Positions 26,915 to 42,166 are shown, numbered from the stretch's first letter. The stretch is 64,000 nucleotides of DNA from an uncultured cyanobacterium (GCA_963765575.1 CAVXWZ010000002.1:635216-699215), one strand, 5' to 3'. A program made the numbers and translations. Notes: generated by a model not told the origin, from the letters alone.

Positions 26915-27805
26915 TCAGGTGGGACGCAGGGCGGCCAGGGTTTCGGAAAGGCGTTGTCTCACGGTGTCATCAGCGGGGAGAAGGGGAAGTCTTGGGGCAC
27001 CCACGGGCCAGCCGCTCAGCTCCAGCGCGGCCTTGACGGGGATCGGGTTGGTGGTGCAGAACAGCGCCTTGCAGAGGGGGAGCAGCTGTTCGTGCAGACG
27101 CAGCGCCGTGGCCAGGTCACCGGCGAAGAAGGCCTGCACCATCGCACTGATGCGCTCACCGGCCAGGTGACTGGCCACGCTCACCACACCCACGGCACCC
27201 ACGGCGAGCATGGGCAGGGTGAGGGCGTCGTCACCGGAATAGATGGCCAGGCGATCGCCACACACGCTGCGCAGGGCGCTCACCTCTTCGGTGCTGCCGC
27301 TGGCGGCCTTGAAACTCACCACGTTGGGAAGGTCCAGCAGCCGGGACACGGTGGCGGGGGCCAGGCTGGTGCCGGTGCGGCCGGGAATGTTGTAGAGCAT
27401 CAGCGGCAGCTCCAGCGCCGCCTCGGCGACCGCCCGGAAATGGGCTTCAAGCCCGTCCTGCGGCGGTTTGTTGTAGTAGGGCACCACCACCAGGGCCCCG
27501 TCAGCGCCAAGAGCGGCGGCCTGGCGGGTGGCCTCCACCGCCTCGGCCGTGCAGTTGCTGCCGCAGCCGGCCAGCACGGTGGCCCGGTCGCCCACGGCGT
27601 CGCGCACGGCAGCGAACAGGCGGTGCTCCTCGTCCCAGCTCAGGGTGGGTGACTCACCGGTGGTGCCGCAGAGCACCAGCCCGTCGGAGCCGTGGCAGAC
27701 CAGATGATCGGCGAGGCGTGCCGCCAGCTCCAGATCAAGGCCACCGCCAGCCCCGAAGGGGGTGACCATGGCGGTGAGCACCCGGCCGAAGGGAGCGCGA
27801 CTCAA
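26915..27805 (-). CDS. dapA: 4-hydroxy-tetrahydrodipicolinate synthase
   Basis: [40 protein letters not shown] start overlapping the asd stop. Confidence 0.96.
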   Translation of the reverse strand: MSRAPFGRVLTAMVTPFGAGGGLDLELAARLADHLVCHGSDGLVLCGTTGESPTLSWDEEHRLFAAVRDAVGDRATVLAGCGSNCTAEAVEATRQAAALGADGALVVVPYYNKPPQDGLEAHFRAVAEAALELPLMLYNIPGRTGTSLAPATVSRLLDLPNVVSFKAASGSTEEVSALRSVCGDRLAIYSGDDALTLPMLAVGAVGVVSVASHLAGERISAMVQAFFAGDLATALRLHEQLLPLCKALFCTTNPIPVKAALELSGWPVGAPRLPLLPADDTVRQRLSETLAALRPT

Positions 27806-28878
27806 ACGGCACCTCCCCCGCCAGCCGCGGGGCTCTGCAGCAGCTCGGCGATCTGCACGGCGTTGAGGGCCGCCCCCTTGCGGATCTGGTCCCCGCAGAG
27901 CCACAGCTCCAGGGCATGGGGGTCGCTGAGGTCCTGGCGGATCCGGCCCACGGCCACCGGATCCCGGCCGGTGACATCGGTGGGCATGGGGAAGCGGTTG
28001 TGCTCGAAATTCTCCAGCAGCTCCACCCCGGCGGCGGTGGACAGCAGCTCGCGGGCCTCATCCACGGGGAAGGGCTCGTGGAACTCGATGTTGACGGCCT
28101 CGGAATGGGCCCGCAGCACCGGCACGCGCACGCAGGTGGCGGTGAGGCGCAGATCGGGGATGCCCATGATCTTGCGCGTCTCGTTGAGCATCTTCAGCTC
28201 CTCTTCGCAGTAGCCGTTGGGCTGGAGGGGGGAGTTGTGCAGAAACAGGTTGAAGGCCAGCGAGTGGGGCAGCACCTCGCTGCGGGCCTCGCCCCCATCC
28301 AGCACGGTGCGGCTGAGCTGGCGCAGCTCCTCCATGGCCCGCGCCCCGGCGCCGCTGGCGCTCTGGTAGGTGCTCACCACCACGCGCCGGATCGGCCGCC
28401 GCCGATGCAGGGGGGCCAGGGCCAGGGTGAGCAGGATCGTGGTGCAGTTGGGATTGGCGATCACGCCGCGGTGCTCGAAAGCCGCCTCGGGATTCACCTC
28501 CGGCACCACCAGCGGCACCCCGGGATCCATGCGGAAGGCGCTGGAGTTGTCGATCACCACGGCACCGGCCGCCATCGCCGCCGGCGCCCACTGCCGCGAG
28601 GCCGCGCCTCCGGCGGAGGCCAGCACCAGGTCCACCCCTTCAAAAGCCTCGGCGCTGACCGCGGTGATCGGCAGCTCCTGCTGCTGCCAGCGCAGGCTGC
28701 GACCGGCGGAGCGGGGCGACGCCAGGGGCCGCAGCTCCGCCACCGGGAAGCGGCGCTCATCGAGGAGCTGCAGCAGCTCCTGTCCCACCGCACCGGTGGC
28801 GCCGAGAATGGCCACCCGCAGCGGGCGGCGGGGCAGGGTGGTGGGAGCGGACGAGGGGGCGGTGGTGGCGCTGATCAA
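27802..28878 (-). CDS. asd: Aspartate-semialdehyde dehydrogenase
   Basis: [47 protein letters not shown]; start uncertain (TTG 28878 or ATG 28935). Confidence 0.95.
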   Translation of the reverse strand: MISATTAPSSAPTTLPRRPLRVAILGATGAVGQELLQLLDERRFPVAELRPLASPRSAGRSLRWQQQELPITAVSAEAFEGVDLVLASAGGAASRQWAPAAMAAGAVVIDNSSAFRMDPGVPLVVPEVNPEAAFEHRGVIANPNCTTILLTLALAPLHRRRPIRRVVVSTYQSASGAGARAMEELRQLSRTVLDGGEARSEVLPHSLAFNLFLHNSPLQPNGYCEEELKMLNETRKIMGIPDLRLTATCVRVPVLRAHSEAVNIEFHEPFPVDEARELLSTAAGVELLENFEHNRFPMPTDVTGRDPVAVGRIRQDLSDPHALELWLCGDQIRKGAALNAVQIAELLQSPAAGGGGAV

Positions 28879-29451
28879 TGGAGCTGGGTGAATTGGGGTA
28901 TGGCCGGATCGGACTGGGTGGCTCAGGGCTGGCATCTGCCGGAGCCTCTGGTGGCGGCAACGCTGCGCGGCAGCGGGACCTCAAGGGCAGGAGCGCGGTG
29001 ATCTGGAGCGCGTTGGACTGATGGTGGTCAGATGTTGTGGTGTCGGGGCGTCGGGGTCGCTCAGGTCTGGCGAAGTCTGGGTAGCGGCTGCGGTGCCACA
29101 GGTGGCGGCCGCAACGGGTGGCAGCAGCGGGTGGCAGCAGCGGGATGCAGATCCGGTGAATGGAACCGGTCCGTGGGAACCGGTGTGACATCAGTTGATT
29201 CGGAGTCTGGAGACTGCGGCGGACGAGATCCAGGACGGATCAGTCGAGGACAGATGGGATCTCAAAGCAGGGTCACGGACTGGGTCCGAGACAATGAGAA
29301 AGGAGGGCCTGGAGAGCGTTGGGGCTGAGAGGAATGGCGGCTGAGACGGGCTGTGAAACCGGCTCCACCACGTGTTTGCTATGGCTGCACAATACCGCTC
29401 CTGGGAAGGGGCCGGCCTCTTTCTTAGGATCAGTGGCTGCGTTTCCCTGCC

Positions 29452-30867
29452 ATGAGTCCCGCCGCCAAAGCCTCCCCATCGGATCCGGCCACCAGCGGGG
29501 CACCGACCCTGCAGGTGACCTCCAGCCCCCGCCCCGGTAGCCGGGTGGCGCTGGAGGTGGCCATCCCCGGCACTCGCAGCCGGGCCAGCTACGAGGCGGC
29601 CGTGGCCAAACTCAGCCGCAGCATCAAGCTGCCGGGATTCCGGCAGGGCAAGGTGCCGCGGCCGGTGCTGCTGCAGCAGATCGGCCCCCAGCGCATCCGT
29701 GCCACCGCCCTCGAAGACCTGGTGGACGCCGCCTTCCGGGACGCCCTGGACATCGAGAAGGTGGCCGCCATTGGGCGTCCGGAACTCAGCGAGGGCTTCG
29801 AGCTGGTGCTGGAGCGCTTTGAGCCCGGCAGCGATCTGACGATCACCCTGGAGCTGGATGTGCAGCCCACACCCACCCTGCGGCAGACCCGGGGGCTGAC
29901 GGCGGAAGCGGAGGAGATCTCCTACGACCCGGCCCGGGTGGACGAGCTGATCGAGCAGTCCCGGCGGCAGCTGGCCACCCTGGTGCCGGTGGAGGACCGA
30001 CCAGCCGAGAGCGGCGATGTGGCCGTGCTGAGCTTCCGCGGGGTGTTCGTCGACAGCGGCGAGGAGATTGAGGGCGGCAGCAGCGACGCCAGCGAGGTGG
30101 AGCTGGAGGAGGGGCGCATGATCCCCGGCTTCGTGGAGGGGGTGATCGGCATGGCCGTGGGCGACACCCGAACCATCGAGTGTCAGTTTCCCGAGAGCTA
30201 TCCCCAGGAGGATGCCGCCGGCCGCGGCGCCCGTTTCGAGATCACCCTCAAGGACCTCAAAACCCGCGAGCTGCCACCCCTCGACGATGCCTTCGCCCAG
30301 CAGGCCAGCGACAAGCAGACCCTGGCCGAGCTGCGGGAGGACCTTGAAGTCCGGCTCAAGGAGGACAGCGACCGGCGCGCCGCCGCCGCCCGCCACGACG
30401 CCCTGATCCAATCCCTGGTGGAGCAACTGGAGGTGGAACTTCCCGAAACCCTCGTCCAGCAGGAAGTGCGCACGCTGATTGAGCAGACCGCCGGCCAGAT
30501 CGCCCAGCAGGGCATGGACGTGAAGAAGCTGTTCACCCCTGATCTGGTGCGCTCCCTGATGGACAGCTCGCGGCCGGAGGCCGAACAGCGCCTGCGCCGC
30601 AGCCTGGCCCTGCAGGCCCTGGCGGCCGCCGAGGCGATCGAGGTGGCCGCCGAGGAGCTGGAGGCCAAGGTGACCGAGGTGCGCCGCAGTCTCAACCAGG
30701 AGCAGGGGCCGGTGGATCCGGAGCGCCTGCGCGGGGTGGTGGCCGACGATCTGCTGCGCGAGAAGCTGCTCGCCTGGCTGGAGGAGAACAGCACCGTCAG
30801 CGCCAAAGCCAAGGCCGATGGGCCGCCCGAGGAGGGCCTGGCAAGCGAGGGGGAGGCTGCGACCTGA
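29452..30867 (+). CDS. tig: Trigger factor
   Basis: PGFRQGKVP ribosome-binding motif, FKBP domain [20 protein letters not shown]. Confidence 0.96.
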   Translation: MSPAAKASPSDPATSGAPTLQVTSSPRPGSRVALEVAIPGTRSRASYEAAVAKLSRSIKLPGFRQGKVPRPVLLQQIGPQRIRATALEDLVDAAFRDALDIEKVAAIGRPELSEGFELVLERFEPGSDLTITLELDVQPTPTLRQTRGLTAEAEEISYDPARVDELIEQSRRQLATLVPVEDRPAESGDVAVLSFRGVFVDSGEEIEGGSSDASEVELEEGRMIPGFVEGVIGMAVGDTRTIECQFPESYPQEDAAGRGARFEITLKDLKTRELPPLDDAFAQQASDKQTLAELREDLEVRLKEDSDRRAAAARHDALIQSLVEQLEVELPETLVQQEVRTLIEQTAGQIAQQGMDVKKLFTPDLVRSLMDSSRPEAEQRLRRSLALQALAAAEAIEVAAEELEAKVTEVRRSLNQEQGPVDPERLRGVVADDLLREKLLAWLEENSTVSAKAKADGPPEEGLASEGEAAT

Positions 30868-30909
30868 GCCCTCTCCCCATAGATTGACAGACCCTGCCCA
30901 ACGCCTCGC

Positions 30910-31683
30910 ATGAGCGCCGCCCACCCGCTGATGCCCGATCCCACGGCCCTGCCCGATCCCACGGCCCTGATCGATCCAGAGTCCCTGCGGCCCCATCGGG
31001 TCGAGAGTCGCTGGACAGGGCCGGCACCTCAGGCAATCAGCGGCCGACCGGTGGCCGCACCGGGCGTGCTGCCCACGGTGGTGGAGCAGTCGGGCAAGGG
31101 TGATCGGGCCTTCGACATCTACTCACGGCTGTTGCGCGAGCGCATCATCTTTCTGGGCACCGGCATCGACGATGCCGTGGCCGATGCGGTGGTGGCCCAA
31201 CTGCTCTTCCTGGAGGCGGAAGACCCGGAGAAGGACATCCAGATCTACGTGAATTCCCCGGGCGGATCCGTCACCTCCGGCCTCGCCATCTACGACACCA
31301 TGCAGCAGGTGGCGCCCGATGTGGTCACCATCTGCTATGGCGTTGCCGCGTCGATGGGGGCCTTCCTGCTCTCCGGCGGCACCAAGGGCAAGCGCCTGGC
31401 CCTGCCCAACGCCCGGATCATGATTCACCAGCCCCTCGGCGGTGCCCAGGGACAGGCCGTGGACATCGAGATCCAGGCCAGGGAGATCCTGTTCCTCAAA
31501 GACACCCTCAACGGCCTGATGGCGGAGCACACCGGCCAACCCCTGGAGAAAATCACCGAAGACACCGACCGCGACTACTTCCTTTCTCCGGCGGAGGCGG
31601 TTGAATACGGCCTCATCGATCGGGTGGTCAGCGACAGCTTCGTCGGCGCCGGGGTCACCACTCCAGCGGCGACACCGGCCTGA
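30910..31683 (+). CDS. clpP: Clp protease proteolytic subunit
   Basis: [34 protein letters not shown]; start may be 30931. Confidence 0.96.
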   Translation: MSAAHPLMPDPTALPDPTALIDPESLRPHRVESRWTGPAPQAISGRPVAAPGVLPTVVEQSGKGDRAFDIYSRLLRERIIFLGTGIDDAVADAVVAQLLFLEAEDPEKDIQIYVNSPGGSVTSGLAIYDTMQQVAPDVVTICYGVAASMGAFLLSGGTKGKRLALPNARIMIHQPLGGAQGQAVDIEIQAREILFLKDTLNGLMAEHTGQPLEKITEDTDRDYFLSPAEAVEYGLIDRVVSDSFVGAGVTTPAATPA

Positions 31684-31941
31684 AACTCCAGCGCTCTGCC
31701 GGCTCGCTGCCTTGTCCACCCTGGTTCGATCCTTCACGACAGCTGACGAAACCGGCGATGGGGGCAATGCTGGTTCCTGTGCTGCGTGGAGGATGCACGG
31801 CACCCCTCGGGCTCCGAGGTTCCCAGCGCACCCTCCCCGCTCCAGGGACACCCCACCACTCTCTCTTTCCCCCTCCTCCGTTTCGGTCCCTGCTCTCGTC
31901 CCTCCGTCCCGCCCGGACCCTTCCTCCGGCTGACTCACCCG

Positions 31942-33303
<1,362 letters not shown>

Positions 33304-33309
33304 TCTGCC

Positions 33310-34041
33310 TTGGCCGCCGCCGACCATCTTCAGGTTTCCCGCCGGCACGGCCTGTTCAACCACCACGGCATCGATCTGGGCGACGGCAGCGTGGCCCATT
33401 ACCTGGAGGGGCGGGAAATTCTGCGCAACTCCCGCGAGGAGTTCAGCCGCAGTGAACCGATCAGCGTTGTCGACTACGGCGAGGGCGACTGCTCCCCCGC
33501 CGGCGTCACCCTGCGGCGAGCCATGGGCCGGCTGGGGGAGCAGAACTACAACCTGCTGTTCAACAACTGCGAGCACTTCGCCCACTGGTGCAAGACGGGC
33601 CGCCATCGCAGCGGCCAGGTGGAGAACTGGATTCACACCGGCAGCCTCGGCGCCCTGGCCATCGGCCAGTGGCTGCCGGCCGCGGCCCTGGCCGGCGCCC
33701 GCCTGCTGCTGCGGCAGGGGGTGCCGCTGGAGGGGGGGCTGGAGCTGGCCCGCCGCAGCCTGCGCCAGCTCGAGGAGCTGCGTCAGACGCTGCAGGCGCG
33801 GCTGGATGAGGAGCTGAGCAAGGCCGAGTCCATCTGGGGGCAGAGCCAGTTCGAGAGCCTGCGCCGCGCCGCCCTGCGGCTCGCCGACCAGCTGGCGGAG
33901 GTGGAGGATCTGGAGACGGCCCTGGAGCATCGCCTGCAGGGGCTGCTCGAGGGCCAGGACCCACCCCACGGCCTGCTGCAGCCGGGCCCGGCCGAGCCGT
34001 CGTCCCCATCCCCACAGCCCAGCCTGCCGAACCGGCCATAA
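33310..34041 (+). CDS. LRAT / NlpC-P60 (NC domain) protein
   Basis: HHGI..GDG..HY and YNLLFNNCEHF catalytic motifs. Confidence 0.85.
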   Translation: MAAADHLQVSRRHGLFNHHGIDLGDGSVAHYLEGREILRNSREEFSRSEPISVVDYGEGDCSPAGVTLRRAMGRLGEQNYNLLFNNCEHFAHWCKTGRHRSGQVENWIHTGSLGALAIGQWLPAAALAGARLLLRQGVPLEGGLELARRSLRQLEELRQTLQARLDEELSKAESIWGQSQFESLRRAALRLADQLAEVEDLETALEHRLQGLLEGQDPPHGLLQPGPAEPSSPSPQPSLPNRP

Positions 34042-34067
34042 CCGGCCCCAGCGCTCAGCAGCCCCGC

Positions 34068-35933
<1,866 letters not shown>

Positions 35934-35935
35934 GC

Positions 35936-37282
35936 TCAGGCGGTGGCCGGATCCTCCCCGAGGTGGAGGGTCTTGGCCCAGACCAGCCGCTTGGGCAGCA
36001 CGGCCATGCGCAGGGTGGTCCAGGGGATCACCAGGAACCAGTGCCCCAGGTAGAGAATCCCGAGGGACAGGTTGAGCGGTCCCACGGCCGGCAACGGCGG
36101 CCCCTCGCTCAGGCGGCGGCAGCCGCTGACGATCGACACGCCGGAGAGGCCGAAGGCCACGAACGACAACGGCCAGATGGCGGGCAGGGTGCGGGTGATG
36201 GCGGCTCCCAGCAGATCGGCCGCCGCCACCATCGGCAACACGTACTGGAGCAGGAAGAAGCAGGTGAGGTCGAGCTTGGGGCGGGCGCCCACCCGGTGGG
36301 AAAGCAGACCTGGGGAGTAGTCGAAGAAGCGCTGCAGGCCGCCCTCGGCCCAGCGCTGCCGTTGGCGGAAGAGCGCCCTCAGGCTGAGCACGGCCTCCTC
36401 CTGTACGGGGGGATCCCAGGCGATCGCCACCGGCTGGCGACCCAGCAGCAGGCGGATGCTGAGGTCCAGGTCGTCGGTGACCGTGGCCTCGTTGAAGCCA
36501 CCGACGTCGAGCAGGGCATCCCGGCGCAGCAGCTGACCGTTGCCGCGCAGCTCCACGACGCCGCCGTGGCTCATGCGCCCCTGCTGGACCACCGCATCGA
36601 GCACCATCTCCATGGCCTGGGCGCGGGTGAGCCAGTTGGCCTCGGGGTTGGCCACCGCCTTGCGCAGTTGCACCGCCCCCCAGGCCCCGGCCTCGGCCAT
36701 GGGGATCAGCCGCTCGAGGGTGTCCGGTTGCAGATCGGCGTCGGCGTCGAGCACCAGCATCCAGGGGGCCCGCAGCTGATGCAGGGCCAGGTTCAGGGCC
36801 CCCGACTTGCCGCCACCGGCGTCCGGCTCACGCCGCAGCACCTGCAGAAAGCTGTGCTGACCCTGCAGCTCCGCCAGCACCTGGGGCGTGCGGTCGCTGC
36901 TGCCGTCATCCACCACCCACAGCCGCAACTGCGAGGCCGGATAGCGCAGGGCGGCCATGCGCTCCACCAGGCGGCCGATCACGGCCTGTTCATCGCGGGC
37001 GGCCACAACCACATCCACCGCCGGCAGCACCTGGCCAGCCAGGGCGGCCGCGGCACTGGGATCTGGGCGCTCAGCGCCGCGACCGCCCCTGGGGCCGGTG
37101 AGGGCCGGCACCAGCACGGTGCGGATGCTGTAGCCCCCCAGGACCAGGGCCATGGCGATGGCCGGAAACAGCCGTACGGCGGGATCCAGCCAGTGGGGAC
37201 CGAGGCCGGCGCAGCCGCACACCAGCACGAACAGGGCCGACTTGCCGCGACGGTGATCGGAGGCACTGGCGTCGGCAGCCAT
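35936..37282 (-). CDS. mgdA: GT2 glycosyltransferase, monoglucosyldiacylglycerol synthase type
   Basis: DDGSSD, GKSGALN, DAD, TDDLD, QRQRWAEGG, WAKT C-terminus; gene symbol by family resemblance. Confidence 0.8.
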   Translation of the reverse strand: MAADASASDHRRGKSALFVLVCGCAGLGPHWLDPAVRLFPAIAMALVLGGYSIRTVLVPALTGPRGGRGAERPDPSAAAALAGQVLPAVDVVVAARDEQAVIGRLVERMAALRYPASQLRLWVVDDGSSDRTPQVLAELQGQHSFLQVLRREPDAGGGKSGALNLALHQLRAPWMLVLDADADLQPDTLERLIPMAEAGAWGAVQLRKAVANPEANWLTRAQAMEMVLDAVVQQGRMSHGGVVELRGNGQLLRRDALLDVGGFNEATVTDDLDLSIRLLLGRQPVAIAWDPPVQEEAVLSLRALFRQRQRWAEGGLQRFFDYSPGLLSHRVGARPKLDLTCFFLLQYVLPMVAAADLLGAAITRTLPAIWPLSFVAFGLSGVSIVSGCRRLSEGPPLPAVGPLNLSLGILYLGHWFLVIPWTTLRMAVLPKRLVWAKTLHLGEDPATA

Positions 37283-37306
37283 GGCGATCACGCAGAGGCC
37301 TGGACT

Positions 37307-38923
37307 CTAGGGGGCTTGCCCGGGGACAAGGGCAGCGGCGCCGAGGGCCGACAGGGGCTGGAGCTGGGTGCCGGGGTAGTAGTGATCGAGAATCCGCTGC
37401 AGACCCCAGCCCCGGCGGGCCAGGTCGATGGCGCCGGCCTGGGAGAGGCCGACGCCATGGCCGAAGCCTCCGCCCACGAAGCGCCAGCGACCCGGGCCCT
37501 GGGGCTCGACCACGAACAGCGTGCTGGGCAGCTGCCGGAGGGTGCGGCGGATGGCATCCAACCGCAACACCACACTGGGGCCACCGGCCTCAGCGCTGCC
37601 GGCGATCTCCAGCGCCAGCACCCGCCCGCTCGCCCCCCGCTCCAGCACCCGCACCTGCTCGGGGCTGCCGAGCTGGGGCGCCTGGGACTGGAGGGCCTGG
37701 CGCAACTGAGCCGCGTCCAGCGAACGGGTCCAGCGGAAGCGCGGGTGATCGGCGCCATAGAAGCCGCTGTTGGCCAGCAGGGGACCCACCTGGGCGGCCG
37801 CCAGGGGCAACACGAAGCGCTGCTGCAGGGCAGCACCACCATCCACCCGGGGGCGCAGATAGGGCAGCGGCGCGCCGCTCCACCCCTCCTCAAAGCCGGC
37901 CGACACGCCGCCGTTGGTGGCGTGATACACCCCGTGGATCGGCTGCCCCTGCCAGGCCAGCACCTGGTGGCGGGTGCTGTTGATGGCCTGGCGCACCGCC
38001 GGGCCGGCCGTGCGCGGGTCGGCATACACCTGGCACTGCACGGTGGCGCAGAGGTGATAACCATCAACGGCGAAGCGCTGCAGGTTGCGCAGGGCCCAGG
38101 TGCGGGCCAGCACCGCCTGGGCGGCCAGGGCCACCGGCGGCGAGCCGGCACCGATCTCATGGGGCACCACCCCCTGGAGGTAGCGCTCCAGGGGCACGGT
38201 TTCCACCAGGCTCCAGCCACCGTGGGCGTCAGGCAGGAGCCGGAACGGTCCGGCGAACACCCCCTGGCCCCAACGCAGCCCGCCGGGGGTCTCCAGGGTG
38301 AGGGCGGAGCTGAGGGGCACCGGGCCGCTATCGCGGCGCAGCTCCAGCACGGCGCGGCGGTCCAGGGTCTGCTCCACCAGCCGGACAGGGCCCAGGTCGG
38401 CCGGCACGGGGGCATCCGCCGCCGCCCACACCTCCCAGTCCCTGGGATAGCCGATCACCGGCTCGGCACCGGCCTGACGCCAGCGGTCGGCCGCCGCGGC
38501 CGCACTCTCGTAGCTGGCGAAGGGGCCCAGCACCTGGCGGCGAATGCGCTGGGGCGGCTGCAGCGGCTCCTGGCGCCAGTGCAGCACCAAGCTGGGCGAC
38601 TGGTAGCGGGCGCCATCGGGGGCCACCAGGGTGATCAGCCCCTGGGCGCTGCGCAGCTCAATCGGCTGGGACGGGCGCAGACGGGAGGCCAGGGCCACCC
38701 AGATCACCGGCGTGGCCGCATCCACCGCGGGCGCGCTGGGCACGGGCCAGTGCAGCGCCGCGGCAGCGGCTGGGGGCGGCGTCAAGGGCGACTCGGCTCG
38801 GCATCCGCCCGCCAACAGCACCGGCAGCGCCAGGGCGATGGGCCCCAGCCGCGGCAGAGCCGCACGCAGGGCAAGGGCGGCGAAGGCGGCGGTGGGCAGC
38901 GGGACGATGCGCGGCAGCGGCAT
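37307..38923 (-). CDS. SpoIID/LytB domain protein (putative lipoprotein)
   Basis: [43 protein letters not shown]; lipobox-like LAGGC. Confidence 0.9.
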   Translation of the reverse strand: MPLPRIVPLPTAAFAALALRAALPRLGPIALALPVLLAGGCRAESPLTPPPAAAAALHWPVPSAPAVDAATPVIWVALASRLRPSQPIELRSAQGLITLVAPDGARYQSPSLVLHWRQEPLQPPQRIRRQVLGPFASYESAAAAADRWRQAGAEPVIGYPRDWEVWAAADAPVPADLGPVRLVEQTLDRRAVLELRRDSGPVPLSSALTLETPGGLRWGQGVFAGPFRLLPDAHGGWSLVETVPLERYLQGVVPHEIGAGSPPVALAAQAVLARTWALRNLQRFAVDGYHLCATVQCQVYADPRTAGPAVRQAINSTRHQVLAWQGQPIHGVYHATNGGVSAGFEEGWSGAPLPYLRPRVDGGAALQQRFVLPLAAAQVGPLLANSGFYGADHPRFRWTRSLDAAQLRQALQSQAPQLGSPEQVRVLERGASGRVLALEIAGSAEAGGPSVVLRLDAIRRTLRQLPSTLFVVEPQGPGRWRFVGGGFGHGVGLSQAGAIDLARRGWGLQRILDHYYPGTQLQPLSALGAAALVPGQAP

Positions 38924-39051
38924 GGGGATCGGGCGCAGCGGGGCTGGCTGCACGGAGAAGCGGCTCCAATCCTGAAGGACGACAGCAGCCCAGAGCAGGA
39001 CCTGGTGACGATCGCGTCGTAAGCTGGCCGACTGCGCCCGTGCCAGGAGAC

Positions 39052-39249
39052 ATGCCGAAGCTCAAGACCCGCCGAGCGGCCGCCAAGCGGTTCCAGGTCA
39101 CCGGCAGCGGCAAGTTCATGCGTCGTCATGCCTTCCGCAACCACCTGCTCGATCACAAGAGCTCGAAGCGCAAGCGCTTTCTGGGCACCAAGTCCGTCGT
39201 CGATGAGCGCGACGCCGACAACGTGAGCGCCATGCTCCCCTACAGCTGA
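39052..39249 (+). CDS. rpmI: 50S ribosomal protein L35
   Basis: [19 protein letters not shown]. Confidence 0.97.
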   Translation: MPKLKTRRAAAKRFQVTGSGKFMRRHAFRNHLLDHKSSKRKRFLGTKSVVDERDADNVSAMLPYS

Positions 39250-39287
39250 CCCTTCCCTCCGTCCTGCCGACCCCCTGAGTCCCTGCC

Positions 39288-39635
39288 ATGGCCCGCGTCA
39301 AGAGAGGCAACGTCGCCCGCAAACGCCGTCAGAAAATCCTGCGCCTGGCGCGGGGGTTCCGCGGCAGCAACGGCAGCCTGTTTCGCACCGCCAACCAGCG
39401 GGTGATGAAGGCCCTGTGCAATGCCTACCGTGACCGGCGTCGGCGCAAGCGTGACTTCCGCCGTCTGTGGATCGCCCGGATCAACGCCGCGGCCCGCCTC
39501 AACGGCCTCAGCTACAGCCGCCTGATCGGTGGCCTCAAAAAGGCCGATGTGCGCATCAACCGCAAGATGCTGGCCCAGCTGGCTGTGGTTGATCCCGGCA
39601 GCTTCGCCGCCGTGGCCGGCGCTGCTAAGAACTGA
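39288..39635 (+). CDS. rplT: 50S ribosomal protein L20
   Basis: [27 protein letters not shown]. Confidence 0.98.
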   Translation: MARVKRGNVARKRRQKILRLARGFRGSNGSLFRTANQRVMKALCNAYRDRRRRKRDFRRLWIARINAAARLNGLSYSRLIGGLKKADVRINRKMLAQLAVVDPGSFAAVAGAAKN

Positions 39636-39656
39636 CCTTTCTGCATCGGGTGGTCC

Positions 39657-40250
39657 TTGGACTCTCTCCTGCCTCAGGCCTACCTGATCGGTCTCGTCGT
39701 CCTGCTGGGGGTGGCGGCGATCGTCGTCGCCCGCCAGATCTGGATGGTGCGCCGTGACGAAGTCACCCTGGCGAAGCTCGAGCAGGGCAGCCCTGCCGAC
39801 CGGGACAGCGAGTCGGCCAGCCTCTATGAGCTGGCCTCGGTGCAGCTGCGCAAGCGGCTCTTCGGCCAGGCGGTGGACAACCTGCGCAAGGCCCTCAAGC
39901 TGGCCCGGGCGGGCGACGATCCCCCGGAAGCCCTGGCGCTGATCGAAAACGCCCTGGGCTTTGCCCTGGCTGCCCAGAACAATTACAAGAGCGCCATTCG
40001 CCACTACCGCTCGGCCCTCGAGGCCAGGCCCGACTACCCGGTGGCGCTCAACAACCTGGCCTACGCCCTCGAGAAGCAGCGCAACCTCGAGGAGGCCAGC
40101 GACACCTATCTCCAGGTGCTTGAGCTGGACGCCGGCAACAGCACAGCCCGCAAGCGACTGGCCCGATTGCAGCGCACCTTGGCGACGCCCCCCCCAGCCC
40201 CCCAGTCCAAGGGCACTGGCTCCGGACCCGCCTCCAAGGCCAGTCCCTAG
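39657..40250 (+). CDS. ycf37: Membrane-anchored TPR protein (Ycf37-like)
   Basis: N-terminal TM helix, TPRs NALGFA and YPVALNNLAY; directly after rplT. Confidence 0.75.
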   Translation: MDSLLPQAYLIGLVVLLGVAAIVVARQIWMVRRDEVTLAKLEQGSPADRDSESASLYELASVQLRKRLFGQAVDNLRKALKLARAGDDPPEALALIENALGFALAAQNNYKSAIRHYRSALEARPDYPVALNNLAYALEKQRNLEEASDTYLQVLELDAGNSTARKRLARLQRTLATPPPAPQSKGTGSGPASKASP

Positions 40251-40254
40251 GCCA

Positions 40255-40923
40255 TCACCAGAGCCCCCGGATCGGGGCTGTGGGGCTGCCGCCGGCAGGC
40301 GTGAGTGGCTCCTGAATCTGCTGTGGGCTCAGCACCAGGCGGCCACCGGGGTTGGTGAGACGGGAGGCCTGCCATCCCGCCAGGCTGAGGCCCTGCAGCC
40401 CGGTGAAGACGCCGCCGGGCTCGAGACTGGCCAGACCCACCGGGCGCAGCAACAGCAGATCGAGCTGGTCGCTGCGGGCATTGAGATTGCCTTGCACAGG
40501 ACTCACCACCTCGCCGATCCGCATCTCCCCGCGCAGATCCACCTGCTGGCCCATGGGGCGGGGCCTGACCAGCAGCATCTGCACCGGCACGGTCTCGGTC
40601 GAGCCGAAGGGCTGGTAGCTGCCGATCCAGATCAGGGGCATGTCCCGGGCCAACAGCCGGGCCCTGGCCACCGGATCGAAGGTCTCCACCGAATCGAAGC
40701 GCGGCATGCCGCCGGCGGGGTCCATGCCACTGGCGGGGTCCATGCCGGCCGGCGGGGTGAAGGGCAGAAAGCCGCCGAAGGCGTCACTGCCTAGCGGCAC
40801 CTGCGCCAGGGCGCCCCCCCCGGCGAGCAGGACTGCCGCTGCGAGCAGGGGTGGGACGGCGCGCCGCCGCCGGCTGGCCGCGCAGCGCTGAGCGGCAGGG
40901 GTGTTGGGCTCAGGGGTGCGCAC
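40255..40923 (-). CDS. Hypothetical exported protein
   Basis: Signal-like RRRRAVPPLLAAAVLLAGGGALAQ, QGNLNARSDQLDL; start uncertain. Confidence 0.65.
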   Translation of the reverse strand: MRTPEPNTPAAQRCAASRRRRAVPPLLAAAVLLAGGGALAQVPLGSDAFGGFLPFTPPAGMDPASGMDPAGGMPRFDSVETFDPVARARLLARDMPLIWIGSYQPFGSTETVPVQMLLVRPRPMGQQVDLRGEMRIGEVVSPVQGNLNARSDQLDLLLLRPVGLASLEPGGVFTGLQGLSLAGWQASRLTNPGGRLVLSPQQIQEPLTPAGGSPTAPIRGLW

Positions 40924-40992
40924 GGCGGCAGGCGGAACGACAGCTGTGGTGGGAGGCTAGATCCATTCGGCAGTGCAGCGTCCGTCCTCCGC

Positions 40993-41826
40993 GTGGTTCA
41001 GTCCGCCCCCAACCCCAACCCCACGAGCCCGGTGACCGATGCCCTGGTGATCGGTGGTCGCCGCTTCCGCAGCCGGCTGATGACCGGCACCGGCAAGTAC
41101 CCCAGCCTCGCCGCCATGCAGGCCAGCGTCGCCGCCAGCGCCTGCGAGATCGTCACGGTGGCCGTCCGTCGCCTGCAGAGCAGGGCCGCCGGCCATGAGG
41201 GCCTGATGGAGGCCATCGACTGGTCGCAGATCTGGATGCTGCCCAACACCGCCGGCTGCGCCACCGCCGAGGAGGCCGTGCGGGTGGCCCGTCTGGGCCG
41301 GGAGCTGGCCAAGCTGGCGGGACAGGAGGACAACACCTTCATCAAGCTGGAGGTGATCCCCGACAGCCGCCACCTGCTGCCGGATCCATTCGGCACCCTG
41401 GAGGCCGCCGAGCAGCTGGTGCGGGAGGGGTTCACCGTGCTGCCCTACATCAACGCCGACCCCCTGCTGGCCAGGCGTCTGGAGGAAGCCGGCTGCGCCA
41501 CGGTGATGCCCCTGGGCTCGCCGATCGGCTCCGGCCAGGGCATCCGCAACGCCGCCAACATCGCCCTGATCATCGAGAACGCGCGCGTACCGGTGGTGGT
41601 GGACGCGGGCCTGGGCGTGCCCAGCGAAGCCGCCCGGGCGATGGAGATGGGCGCCGATGCGCTGCTGATCAACAGCGCCATCGCCCTGGCCGGCGATCCG
41701 CCGGCGATGGCCCGGGCGATGGCGATGGCCACCGAGGCCGGCCGCACCGCCTTCCACGCCGGCCGGCTGCCCGTGCGGGGGGAGGCCAGTGCCAGCTCCC
41801 CCAGCAGCGGCCGCGTGGGCGCCTGA
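40993..41826 (+). CDS. thiG: Thiazole synthase
   Basis: SRLMTGTGKY, LPNTAGC, IKLEV, MPLGSPIGSGQG, VDAG. Confidence 0.96.
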   Translation: MVQSAPNPNPTSPVTDALVIGGRRFRSRLMTGTGKYPSLAAMQASVAASACEIVTVAVRRLQSRAAGHEGLMEAIDWSQIWMLPNTAGCATAEEAVRVARLGRELAKLAGQEDNTFIKLEVIPDSRHLLPDPFGTLEAAEQLVREGFTVLPYINADPLLARRLEEAGCATVMPLGSPIGSGQGIRNAANIALIIENARVPVVVDAGLGVPSEAARAMEMGADALLINSAIALAGDPPAMARAMAMATEAGRTAFHAGRLPVRGEASASSPSSGRVGA

Positions 41827-41909
41827 GGGCCACCATGAAGAAGCGTGCCGAGCCCCTGGGGGCAGCCGGCTGGCCTCCATAGGCTGAGTTGAAGTACTCA
41901 GTGCCGGTC

Positions 41910-42080
41910 ATGCAGGTCACCGAAGAAGACGGCGGCAAACTCAACGCCTTCGCCCGCGAGCCGCGCATGGTGGTGATGGAGAAGGGGGAGAGCAGCGGGG
42001 CAGGCAACCGGGGGCTGCTGATCGGTGGTGCCCTGCTGGTGCTGCTGCTGGTGGCACTGGCGGCGGGGATCAGCCAGTAG
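41910..42080 (+). CDS. psb34: Psb34 (ssl1498-like) PSII assembly factor
   Basis: EDGGKLNAFAREP motif plus single C-terminal TM helix. Confidence 0.8.
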   Translation: MQVTEEDGGKLNAFAREPRMVVMEKGESSGAGNRGLLIGGALLVLLLVALAAGISQ

Positions 42081-42166
42081 CCAGGCCGCCATCCCACGGC
42101 AGCGGCGGGATCTCCGCGTAGCAAGATGGTGCGCAATACAGGATGGGCAGACCTGGGGATGCGGCA

